A model generated the notes under the pieces. It was not told the DNA's origin, ran no database searches, and was given only the letters and a program-made list of their open reading frames with translations. From the NCBI GenBank assembly GCA_029258835.1, contig JAPDJY010000012.1:1-61274 (forward strand): DNA of 61,274 nucleotides, written 5' to 3'. The stretch is from Thermoproteota archaeon (GTDB lineage: Archaea; Asgardarchaeota; Jordiarchaeia; Jordiarchaeales; Freyrarchaeaceae). A program made the position numbers and the translations under genes. Positions 23,422-32,237 of this stretch are shown in pieces. Every line of letters begins with the position of its first letter. The first letter of the stretch is position 1.

Positions 23422-24037
23422 GATGTTAATGTGCGTGGTGGACTACGGCGTAGGGAACCTGAGAAGCATAGTTAGGGGGCTGGAGAAGGCAGGTGCCTCC
23501 GCTAAGTTGACAAGGGACGCCAAGGAATTATCGGATGCCGACGCGATAGTCCTTCCAGGAGTAGGCGCCTTTAAGGACGCGATGGAAAACCTAGCCAGCT
23601 TAAAAAACACCCTTCTCGACGAAATAAAGAGTGGAAAGCCGCTTTTAGGCATATGCCTTGGCCTTCAGCTTCTTTTCACCGAAAGCACAGAGGGTGGCTT
23701 ACACAAGGGACTTGACGTCGTAAACGGGAAAGTTGTAAGGTTGCCTAGCAACGTGAAAGTACCACACATAGGCTGGAACACTATAAAACTTCATGACCAT
23801 AGCATTTCCTTGTTTGAAGGAATAACAGATGAATCATACTTCTACTTTGTTCACTCATACTATGCCGTGCCCAAAGATGAGAACGTGGTAGCGGCGAGAA
23901 CGCGATATGGTGTGTCCTTCCCCTCGGTTATTCGCAAGAGCAACGTGTTCGCCACACAATTTCATCCAGAGAAGTCTGGCAGAATAGGCTTAAAGCTTCT
24001 TAGGAACTTTGTTCAAATGGTTAAGGAAGGGTTTTAG
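23396..24037 (+). CDS. hisH: IGP synthase glutamine amidotransferase subunit
   Basis: DYGVGNL, GICLGLQ, YFVHSY, QFHPEKS; start probably about 23423. Confidence 0.96.
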   Translation: MQALRRCFKMLMCVVDYGVGNLRSIVRGLEKAGASAKLTRDAKELSDADAIVLPGVGAFKDAMENLASLKNTLLDEIKSGKPLLGICLGLQLLFTESTEGGLHKGLDVVNGKVVRLPSNVKVPHIGWNTIKLHDHSISLFEGITDESYFYFVHSYYAVPKDENVVAARTRYGVSFPSVIRKSNVFATQFHPEKSGRIGLKLLRNFVQMVKEGF

Positions 24038-24784
24038 ATGCTCATAATTCCCTCAGTAGACATCCTTAAAGGTAAATGTGTAAGGCTAACTAGGGGTCAA
24101 CCTGGCAGCGAAGAAGTTTTCTTTCAAGACCCCCTTAAGGCGGCCCTTCACTGGGAAAATCAAGGAGCGGAAGCGTTACACATAGTAGACTTAGATGGTG
24201 CCCTAGGTCAAGGGGACAATATGCGCCACATCAGAAGAATCCTTAAAGAAGTGTCCATTGACGTTGAGGTTGGGGGAGGAATCAGAAGCCTAGAAAAAGC
24301 CATAAAGATTTACTCCATGGGAGCCGAACGTGTAATTCTAGGCTCCTTCGCTTTTAGAGATCCTAAAGCTGTCAAGAAACTTGCCGGTGAAATAGGCGGA
24401 AACCATGTTATGGTGGCGCTGGACTATAAAGGTGAAATGATTATGGTGGAAGGGTGGACCAAAACAGTTAACGCGAACGTTTACGACGTAGCCGCCGGAT
24501 TTGAGGAGGCCGGCGCTCGCTGGATCCTAGCTACAGCCGTGACGCGTGACGGCACCCTCAAAGGAGCAGACGTAAGGGTTATTTCAGAGCTAGTAAGGAA
24601 AGTTAAGGTTATGGTTGTTGCCTCAGGAGGAGTGAAAAGCTTAGAGGACGTCATAGCTCTTAAAAATGCCGGTGCCGCCGGCGTAGTAATTGGAAAAGCT
24701 CTTTACAAGGGCCTTCTCTCTTTGAGGGAAGCGAAGGAGGCTGCAAGATGCTGGCAAAGAGGATCATACCCTGCCTTGACATGA
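24038..24784 (+). CDS. hisA: ProFAR isomerase
   Basis: [34 protein letters not shown]. Confidence 0.95.
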   Translation: MLIIPSVDILKGKCVRLTRGQPGSEEVFFQDPLKAALHWENQGAEALHIVDLDGALGQGDNMRHIRRILKEVSIDVEVGGGIRSLEKAIKIYSMGAERVILGSFAFRDPKAVKKLAGEIGGNHVMVALDYKGEMIMVEGWTKTVNANVYDVAAGFEEAGARWILATAVTRDGTLKGADVRVISELVRKVKVMVVASGGVKSLEDVIALKNAGAAGVVIGKALYKGLLSLREAKEAARCWQRGSYPALT

Positions 24785-25554
24785 CTGGAGGACGAGTGGT
24801 TAAAGGTATCCGCTTTAAAAACTTGAGGGATGCCGGCGATCCCGCAGAGCTAGCCCGCCTCTACGATGAAGAAGGCGCTGACGAACTGGTGTTCTTAGAC
24901 ATAACCGCTTCAAGCGATCAAAGGCAAATTTTAATAGACGTGGTCGAGCGAACAGCAGATAATGTTTTTATACCGTTCACCGTGGGCGGCGGGATCAGAA
25001 GTATGGAAGACATAAGGCAAGTTCTATGTGCCGGTGCAGATAAGGTTGCGATAAACACCGCAGCAGTTAAGAAACCCCAACTAATAAGGGACGCAGCCAG
25101 AAAATTTGGCAGTCAATGCATCGTCTGCGCCATTGACGCTAAAAGAGTGCTGGCAAGCAAGAAGGACCCTGATAGAATAACAGTGTCGACCCCTGAGGGA
25201 AGATTCTGGTGGGAAGTCTACATATATGGAGGCCGGCAGCCCACAGGGATCGACGCTATAAAGTGGTCCATTACCGTTGAAAGGCTGGGAGCAGGGGAAA
25301 TCCTCTTAACAAGCATGGATTACGATGGAACCAAGAAAGGGTACGACGTATACCTCACAAAGGAGGTCTGTAGAAGGGTGAGGGTGCCTGTTATTGCAAG
25401 TGGAGGCGCAGGGAGCCCCGACCACATATACCAAGCTCTAACGCAAGGAGGGGCTGACGCAGCACTGGCAGCCTCCATATTCCACTATGGAATATACTCG
25501 ATAAGCGAGGTTAAAAAATATTTAGCTAGAAAAGGGGTTCCCGTGAGGCTATAA
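24748..25554 (+). CDS. hisF: IGP synthase cyclase subunit
   Basis: [36 protein letters not shown]. Confidence 0.97.
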   Translation: MLAKRIIPCLDMTGGRVVKGIRFKNLRDAGDPAELARLYDEEGADELVFLDITASSDQRQILIDVVERTADNVFIPFTVGGGIRSMEDIRQVLCAGADKVAINTAAVKKPQLIRDAARKFGSQCIVCAIDAKRVLASKKDPDRITVSTPEGRFWWEVYIYGGRQPTGIDAIKWSITVERLGAGEILLTSMDYDGTKKGYDVYLTKEVCRRVRVPVIASGGAGSPDHIYQALTQGGADAALAASIFHYGIYSISEVKKYLARKGVPVRL

Positions 25555-25556
25555 AC

Positions 25557-26225
25557 ATGAACATCAAGGAAGTTGTTAACAAGCTGGATTTCCAGAAGGG
25601 AGGAGGAATAATACCTGCAATAATTCAAGACGTTAAAACCAAAGAGGTGCTAATGTTAGGATACATGGACAAGGAGGCCCTAGAGAGAACACTCACCACA
25701 GGTTACATGCACTACTACAGTAGGACTAGGAGGCGAATCTGGATGAAAGGTGAGGAATCGAAGCACTATCAGTTGGTCCGTGAAGCATACTGCGACTGCG
25801 ACTACGACGCTCTCCTATTCAAAGTAGAGCAAAAGGAAGCGTGTTGCCACGAAGGATACTACACTTGCTTCCATAACGTGATAAGAGGCAATAAAACGTT
25901 CAGGAGGGTTTTCCAGCCGGAAGTAGTCTACAGCCAGGCGAAGATACTGGACGAAATCTTCAATGTAATAATGGATCGCATGGAAAAACCTAGGAAGGGT
26001 TCCTATGTCTCAAACCTGACCGGGAAAGGTCTAAACGCAGTGCTCCAGAAGGTGGGTGAGGAAGCGGTAGAACTTATAATTGCAGCGAAGGACGGGGGGA
26101 GACGGGAAGTAGTAAGCGAGGCAGCAGACCTGCTATTTCACGTGCTAGTGCTTTTAGCCAAGAAGGGAGTGAAAATAAGCGAAGTTTACGAGGAGCTAAG
26201 AAAAAGGAGGGAGAGCAAAAGCTAG
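25557..26225 (+). CDS. hisIE: Bifunctional PR-AMP cyclohydrolase / PR-ATP pyrophosphatase
   Basis: WMKGEES, DCDYDALL, CHEG..TCF then KVGEEAVE, EAADLLFH. Confidence 0.95.
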   Translation: MNIKEVVNKLDFQKGGGIIPAIIQDVKTKEVLMLGYMDKEALERTLTTGYMHYYSRTRRRIWMKGEESKHYQLVREAYCDCDYDALLFKVEQKEACCHEGYYTCFHNVIRGNKTFRRVFQPEVVYSQAKILDEIFNVIMDRMEKPRKGSYVSNLTGKGLNAVLQKVGEEAVELIIAAKDGGRREVVSEAADLLFHVLVLLAKKGVKISEVYEELRKRRESKS

Positions 26226-27163
26226 TATACGGGAGTAACCCAGTGCTCGTACTTAGGATTTTTGCCAAGCGTAACCTCTGAAAACGCTTTCTGAAGCTTT
26301 CTTGTAATCGGCCCCGGCTTACCATCCCCCACCGGAATGTTATCGATCTCGACAACCGGAGTTATTTCTCCTGCAGTCCCGGTGATGAAGACCTCGTCCA
26401 TATTGTAAAGCTCTGCTCTTGTAATGTCCCTCTCGGTCACGTTCACTCCAAGCTCCTCCCTAGCTAGCGTGATCACCGTATCCCTGGTGATCCCCCTGAG
26501 AATGGAAGCGTATAGTGGAGTGGTGATGAGCTCCTCATCCTTAACAGCAAAGAGGTTTTCCCCTGACCCTTCAGCCACAAAACCCCGATGGTCAAGTAGC
26601 AGTGCCTCGTCAAACCCGCGCTCAGCAGCCTCTAGCTTAGCAAGAATACTATTAATGTACTGGCCACAAGCCTTAACTTCAGGCGGTAACGCTCTGGGAG
26701 AAATTCTCTCCCAAGAAGAAAACATACACCGCACACCCTTCTCAAGAGCTTCAGGGCCCAAGTAACGTCCAAAGGGTACAACGTAGATTGCCGCCTCAAC
26801 AGGGACCTTAAGAGGGTTTAACCCTAAAGGACCATACCCTCGGAAAACAATAGGTCTGATGTATACTGTCTCATGGAGGTTGTTTCGTCTTATAAGCTCA
26901 ATGATAGCGTCACATATCTCCTGTTTACTGTAAGGAACATCCATTTTATACACTTTAGCAGAGTAAAAAAGCCTGTCAATGTGCTCACGCAGCCTAAAAA
27001 TCAGAATATTCCCGTCCTCAGTAGCATACCCTCTTATCCCCTCAAAAACACCGCTACCATAATGTAACGCGTGTGTCTTAATGTGTACAACAGCACGATC
27101 CCACTCGACAAACTTGCCATTCACCCAGCAATAATCAGCCCGCTCCTCTGACATAGACGACAC
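26222..27163 (-). CDS. ilvE: Branched-chain amino acid aminotransferase
   Basis: ALHYGSGVFEGIRGY, EGSGENLF, ILRGITRD, GTAGEITPV. Confidence 0.95.
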   Translation of the reverse strand: MSSMSEERADYCWVNGKFVEWDRAVVHIKTHALHYGSGVFEGIRGYATEDGNILIFRLREHIDRLFYSAKVYKMDVPYSKQEICDAIIELIRRNNLHETVYIRPIVFRGYGPLGLNPLKVPVEAAIYVVPFGRYLGPEALEKGVRCMFSSWERISPRALPPEVKACGQYINSILAKLEAAERGFDEALLLDHRGFVAEGSGENLFAVKDEELITTPLYASILRGITRDTVITLAREELGVNVTERDITRAELYNMDEVFITGTAGEITPVVEIDNIPVGDGKPGPITRKLQKAFSEVTLGKNPKYEHWVTPVY

Positions 27164-27384
27164 CTCCGTTAGTTACCTTTAGACTTGAAGGACAAGGAAT
27201 ATAAGCGTTACACCTCCCTTTCTCGCTACCCCTTAGAAAGGTAGCTGGAGTAAATTCCCCCACCTTTCAATCTTTAATTGCCCCGCCAATCAACCACCAC
27301 TATCTCCACCCTAAACAACAAAAGGCATTAGGCTTCTCAGAGGGAAAAATTAAATATAATTGTTCCACTTCTTATCTTCATGGT

Positions 27385-27515
27385 GCCGGGGTCACCTAGC
27401 CAGCCTCAAGCCTAGAATGGATAAACAGCCAGAATGGGTGCCAGACTCATAATCCCTGCTGTATCGGGGTCGGATGGGATATCTGGTTGCAGGGGTTCGA
27501 ATCCCCTCCCCGGCA
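27385..27515 (+). tRNA. tRNA-Met(CAT), elongator type, with three introns (27402-27417, 27423-27434, 27452-27480)
   Basis: GCCGGGG/CCCCGGC acceptor stem, CCAGA-CTCATA..ATCTGG, GGTTCGAATCC; each insert forms a BHB; upstream GAAAAATTAAATA promoter. Confidence 0.85.
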
Positions 27516-27574
27516 CTTCTCCTTTAAATTCTAAACACGTTTCAAAAGTAGGTGAAGGGAATTAACTAATTAGT

Positions 27575-27665
27575 TGGAGCCGCCGAGGGGATTTGAACCC
27601 CTGACCTGCGGATTACAATTTCGGTCTGGCGATGTCCGCCGCTCTTCCAGCTGAGCTACGGCGGC
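27575..27665 (-). tRNA. tRNA-Thr(TGT) with 15-nt intron at 32/33 (27619-27633)
   Basis: Canonical cloverleaf after removing ATCGCCAGACCGAAA; relaxed BHB; encoded CCA. Confidence 0.9.
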
Positions 27666-27841
27666 TCCTTAGTTAGACTCTTTCTTCTAAAGGCTTTTTT
27701 AATTTTTTGTGGTCAGCATTTTTAAGGGATGAGGGGAGTTTGCGTTGTTGGATTTGCTTCCTCCTCTCCCAAGGGTTTCTCATGTAGGATTCATTCTTTT
27801 ATAATGTCTCCTTTGTTTCGCCGTTTTCCTTTAAGGCTGGT

Positions 27842-29050
27842 TTACATTTTTTGGAGTAACGGTGTTATGATTAGTGTTATCATCCCTGGTTTTATAGCTG
27901 ATTTCTTTGAAATATGACTTTGTATGGCTGCTGCTCTTTGTATTTCTATGGGGAGCTGCTCCAGTTCTACGTTTGTGTAGAATGCGATCATGTGGTTCTC
28001 TCCCAGTCTAGGGAGAAACTGTATTAGTAACGGGTTGATGAACTCTCTTTTTTTGGGGTTGTTGACGGTTACGACTATTCTTCTGCTTTGGGGTGCCGTC
28101 TTTATTTTCTGAGTCACATAGCGGATCTGGTTTACTTGTTTTCTTTCTCCTTCGTCGCTCTTCCCTTCGTATTTTTCTAGTTCTTGAAGGAGCTGGTAAT
28201 AACTTTCAGGGGGGTTTGGCGGTGGCTCGGCTTTCTCTATCCTTAAGGTTAAATACAGGTATTTCGTTGAATCATCTTGTTTTTCCGCATACCTTTGGAA
28301 GGCGTCTCTTACCCTCTTGATGGCTGACTGAGGCGTCGTAGCCGTTAACATTATTGGCCCAGCTATCCTGTTAGTTCTTTCATGCGTGTAGGTTGGAGTC
28401 TGATTTTGCTCTAATGCGAGTTTAACATCTTCTTCGGATGTTTTGTATATGTGGGCTGATGCTGAGATCGTGGTTGTTGTGCCTATGGACCGGATCCCTC
28501 TGAATTGTGATGCTACTTCCGTCAGGAAAACCCTGTTTATTCCTGCGACATCGTCTGGGTATGCCCTTGCCATGTCGTTGCTCCTGATGTACACTATTAC
28601 GTGGACGACGTCTGCAACCCTGTGGAATAGGATCATGTTGATGCAGGGTGGGTTAGCATTTTCAATATCTGAAACGGGGTTCCATAGTTGGATCAGGGCT
28701 ACTCTGTCCTCCTTCAGTTTTTCTTTAGCCTGCTTAACTTGGTCAACTTGAAACCTTTTTCTTGCGCACCAGCCGTAAGTGTACGTGTGCCCCCCTCTTT
28801 CGGATGTTATGTATTGAGGTATGTAGCTTTCCTGAAGCGTCTTTAAGTCCATTCCAATGTACCCACGTGGTAGGGGAGGGCCGCTCCTCCAGTTAGTTAA
28901 GTGGATCACGCACCCTATAGTTTCTAGGGTCTCTTGCTTTTTATCCTCGGTGGTTAAGGGGACTCCCTTCTGAAGGATTATCCTGTTCACCTGTCTCCAG
29001 GCGCCGTCTATGTGGCATACCCGCACTAAGTAGGGGCCGTAGGCCTTCAT
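27842..29050 (-). CDS. Tandem two-domain thymidylate synthase/dCMP hydroxymethylase-superfamily protein
   Basis: N-domain: YTYG, VDQV, LWNP, PPC catalytic Cys, RSNDMARAYPDD, SAHIY; C-domain is a degenerate copy (VNQIRYV..KIK..PQSRR..V..NP) lacking Cys. Confidence 0.85.
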   Translation of the reverse strand: MKAYGPYLVRVCHIDGAWRQVNRIILQKGVPLTTEDKKQETLETIGCVIHLTNWRSGPPLPRGYIGMDLKTLQESYIPQYITSERGGHTYTYGWCARKRFQVDQVKQAKEKLKEDRVALIQLWNPVSDIENANPPCINMILFHRVADVVHVIVYIRSNDMARAYPDDVAGINRVFLTEVASQFRGIRSIGTTTTISASAHIYKTSEEDVKLALEQNQTPTYTHERTNRIAGPIMLTATTPQSAIKRVRDAFQRYAEKQDDSTKYLYLTLRIEKAEPPPNPPESYYQLLQELEKYEGKSDEGERKQVNQIRYVTQKIKTAPQSRRIVVTVNNPKKREFINPLLIQFLPRLGENHMIAFYTNVELEQLPIEIQRAAAIQSHISKKSAIKPGMITLIITPLLQKM

Positions 29051-30549
29051 GTTCCATCCTTCCCCAACTGGTAGTATGGATGAACCGGCCTAGGCATCAC
29101 GTTAAGAACGTTGCACAGTTCGTCTGCCACAGTTACTTCTGCAGCTGCAACTTGCCGGAAAATTCTTGGAGCGTTTCTCATAGGTCCATAAAGATTTAGG
29201 TCTACACCGTAGAGTACGGGAAGGCTGTATATGAACGAGAAGTCCATTTTCTGCTTCATTTCCGGTGGGATGCCTGCATAAAGATTGTGGATGCCTATCG
29301 CCGTAGGGTATCCGTAATGGTTCTTTAGTGCCCATGACGAGTAAACAGCCTCTATGCTTCCTTCCCCAAGGATCGGGACGCCTGGGTCAAGAATAACGTT
29401 ATCAACCACTGCTCCTTTAACTCTGGATAGTATCTGGTCTATCTTTTTAAATCTGGCTTCAAGCGTGAAGTCGTAAGCCAGGATTATTGCATAGTCTATC
29501 GGGGATATTTCTTGAAGCATCCTTGCTTCCTTCTCTTCAACGCTTAGTATCGAGTTATAAATTATCCTCCCGTTCAACCCTGTTTCCTTCGCCACCCTCG
29601 TGGCTTCCACCCGTGCTTCCAAGCTTGTTGAATCGATTATTATTGGGGCATCTGTTACGTCCGCTACAAAGAACATATATTTTGTAAGTGCTTCGGCGGT
29701 CTCCCCAACCACATGGACCATTGAAGGTATCCCGTACTCCTCTGAGAGTTCCGCCTGCTGTATTATAAGTTTCTCCGCGCCTTCTTTATCGAATAAACCT
29801 TTCCTTCCATCTTTAACTAAAGGATCTTTCCTGAAGAAGAGCGTTCCAGCAAGGACGGAAGCATACTCTCCCCTCTGCCCCCCAAGCTTGACCCCTGCAA
29901 TGTCATAGACGATCAGCTTCCTGCGATGGAAAAGTGTATTTACCGGCTCAACCCCTCTTAGCCTTAGGTCCTCGCCCTCCCTTAGAACCCGTTCTAGCGC
30001 CGTCATCCAATCATATTTTTCCTCTCTCGGAGAGGGGAGAAGCGGCTGCTCGGGGTAGGCTTCAACCTGCCTTGCCGAGAAGGAACGAATTACTGAGACT
30101 ATCTTGTCAGGATCCTTCTCGCCACGTAAATCTATGATCTCGACTTGCTTTTTGAATCTTTCAACTACAATGTGAGGGGTAGCGATCTTAAAGTATTTCG
30201 GGTGAAGAATCGGGATTGTTCCCTCGCTCCCAATAACCCTAAAATCGTCTCCTATCCCGTTTTGGTGAAGTGCGACCAGAGTCTGTCCTGGCTCATGGCC
30301 TACCACCTTTTCTCCGCAGACAACGAGGAACCTGATGTGGCTGTTAGATACTACGTTCTGAAGTATCCTTGCTATTCCGTCATTTTCCGTTTCACATGAA
30401 CCTGCTATTGCGACAAGTTTAGGTTCTTTCGCGATGATCCTTTCAGGTAGGTCGTGGGATCCACAGGTTACAACGGCAAAGGATGCTTTCCTGTTCCCTA
30501 CGGTATAATCTCCAGCTATGTAAGGCCACTCCAACGTGCTGCCTCCCAC
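29047..30549 (-). CDS. mtrAH: Soluble MtrA (corrinoid) - MtrH (methyl-pterin methyltransferase) fusion
   Basis: MtrA: WPYIAGDY.VG, TCGSH, CETENDGI, NSHIRFLVVCGEKVVGHEPGQ (Co-ligand His); MtrH: IAGVKLGGQRGEY..VLAGTLF, GETAEAL, IIDST, IYNSI, GIHN, LYGP; no TM anchor. Confidence 0.9.
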   Translation of the reverse strand: MGGSTLEWPYIAGDYTVGNRKASFAVVTCGSHDLPERIIAKEPKLVAIAGSCETENDGIARILQNVVSNSHIRFLVVCGEKVVGHEPGQTLVALHQNGIGDDFRVIGSEGTIPILHPKYFKIATPHIVVERFKKQVEIIDLRGEKDPDKIVSVIRSFSARQVEAYPEQPLLPSPREEKYDWMTALERVLREGEDLRLRGVEPVNTLFHRRKLIVYDIAGVKLGGQRGEYASVLAGTLFFRKDPLVKDGRKGLFDKEGAEKLIIQQAELSEEYGIPSMVHVVGETAEALTKYMFFVADVTDAPIIIDSTSLEARVEATRVAKETGLNGRIIYNSILSVEEKEARMLQEISPIDYAIILAYDFTLEARFKKIDQILSRVKGAVVDNVILDPGVPILGEGSIEAVYSSWALKNHYGYPTAIGIHNLYAGIPPEMKQKMDFSFIYSLPVLYGVDLNLYGPMRNAPRIFRQVAAAEVTVADELCNVLNVMPRPVHPYYQLGKDGT

Positions 30550-30646
30550 AAAAAGTAAAAGACCTGTTTCACTCTTTTGTTTAAAATCACATCCTATAAA
30601 ACGTTCGGGGCGTTATTAGTTAAGTGGTACACCTTAAAACTAGGAC

Positions 30647-31498
30647 GTGGAGGGAGAAGTGTTGGCTGATACTGTGGGTGAAATCGTTAAGACCATGATG
30701 AAGCTTGCCCCTCCAGAATTAGCTTTAAGGGACGATGCCATCGGCTTTCAGGTAGAACCGCACAGGAGGGGGATGAATAAGCTTGTCCGGCGCTGCGGGG
30801 TTGCATTAGATCCTTCTTTGGCTGTTATCAGGGAAGCTGTAGAGGCAGGTGTTTCTCTTCTCATAACCCATCATCCTCTATTCACCCAGCCGGTAAATAG
30901 GGTTGATGGAGGCCTCTTAAGACGGCTGAAGCTTCTGCTGGATAACAACATTGCCCTTTATGTCGCCCACTCAAACCTTGACGCTGCAGAGGGCGGGTTA
31001 AACGACACGCTAGCCGAAGTTTTAAATCTAAACATTGTAGATGTCTTGGAGGTTGCCGATGGAAACGGTACCGTTCCACTAGGGCGGGTTTGCATGGTGA
31101 AAGTGAAAGAAATGAAATTAGAGACCTTTGCAGACTACGTTTTTCATAAGCTTGACGCTGAACTCGTCCAGTACGTTAAGGCGAGGGAAAAACCTATAGA
31201 AAAGGTTGCCGTCGCCTGCGGGCGGAACGCATCCCCCAGCCTTCTCGTTTATTCCAAGAAGAAGGGTGCAGACACTTACCTGACAGGCGAGTTCTCTTAC
31301 AGTCTGGCTTTAACAGGGGAAGAAGAAGGGGTGAACGTTGTTAGTGTCAGCCATTACGACACGGAGAAACACGGAATGAAAAAAGTTGCCCAGCTACTGA
31401 GCATAGAGCATCCTGAAGTTCATGTCTTGTTCTTCGACCTCAAACCTAAAGTGTTCCACTTCGTAAAAGGCGAAATTGAAGATGCATTTGAGCTCTAG
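30647..31498 (+). CDS. Nif3/YbgI-like dinuclear metal-centre protein
   Basis: ITHHPLF, HSNLDAAEGGLND, YLTGE, SHYDTE. Confidence 0.9.
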   Translation: MEGEVLADTVGEIVKTMMKLAPPELALRDDAIGFQVEPHRRGMNKLVRRCGVALDPSLAVIREAVEAGVSLLITHHPLFTQPVNRVDGGLLRRLKLLLDNNIALYVAHSNLDAAEGGLNDTLAEVLNLNIVDVLEVADGNGTVPLGRVCMVKVKEMKLETFADYVFHKLDAELVQYVKAREKPIEKVAVACGRNASPSLLVYSKKKGADTYLTGEFSYSLALTGEEEGVNVVSVSHYDTEKHGMKKVAQLLSIEHPEVHVLFFDLKPKVFHFVKGEIEDAFEL

Positions 31499-31620
31499 CA
31501 TTCTCGTCGAGGCATGCAACAACTTTAGTGCTTGGAAGAAATCCATCCGTTTGTAATTCTTGACGGGGGCCATTTTTTAAACTAAACTATTTCAGTTCTC
31601 CTAAGTGGAATAGCGCTCTA

Positions 31621-32184
31621 TTACGTTGTCCATTTTTTAAGCTTGTTGAACACTCTTGCAATCAACTCCGCGTTTTCTTTAAACCGTGTTATGTCTTCTC
31701 TGGATAATACTCTAACCTGGGCTGCCGGTGCCCCTGCAACGCTAGTCCTAGGCGGTACCACCGTGTTCTGTGCAACTATCGATCCTGAGGCGACGAGTGC
31801 TCCCTCCCCTATTGTTGCCCCTTCAAAGATGATTGCCCCGTCTCCTATGACAGCCACATCTCCACAGTAGCATCCATGCATTACAACGTTACTTCCCACG
31901 GAAACGAAATTTCCTATTATAACTGGAGCGCTTTCCGAGCGGGCGTGAATTATTGTTCCATCCTGTATGTTTGTGTAGCTGCCGATCTGAACCTTCCCGA
32001 AGTCTCCTCTTATCACGCAGCCGGGCCATACACTTGAAAACTCCCCTATTTCAACGTCCCCTATTATAGTAGCTTGAGGGCTGACAAAGGCGTTTTTATC
32101 AATTCTAGGTTGCTTGCCTTGAAACTCTAGAATAGGCATTTCCCACTCCTCCATAAAACAGGGGGGCTTTGCCGAGCACTTCAT
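31621..32184 (-). CDS. Gamma-carbonic-anhydrase-family (YrdA-like) hexapeptide protein
   Basis: IIGDVEIGE.SSVW...VIRGD, NIQDGTIIH; start likely 32139. Confidence 0.88.
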   Translation of the reverse strand: MKCSAKPPCFMEEWEMPILEFQGKQPRIDKNAFVSPQATIIGDVEIGEFSSVWPGCVIRGDFGKVQIGSYTNIQDGTIIHARSESAPVIIGNFVSVGSNVVMHGCYCGDVAVIGDGAIIFEGATIGEGALVASGSIVAQNTVVPPRTSVAGAPAAQVRVLSREDITRFKENAELIARVFNKLKKWTT

Positions 32185-32237
32185 AGCTTGAACTTATATC
32201 TTATTTTTGGTTTTAAAGCCTTTATCTTTCATATTTT

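Noticed and set aside
29047-30549. Evidence for methanogenesis or a Na+-pumping Mtr complex
   Set aside because: No membrane subunits (MtrB-G) or mcr in the window, and MtrA lacks its TM anchor
31621-32184. Loss of one Zn-ligand His (GSNVVMH) in the gamma-CA-like protein as a novelty
   Set aside because: Such substitutions are common among non-catalytic members of this family
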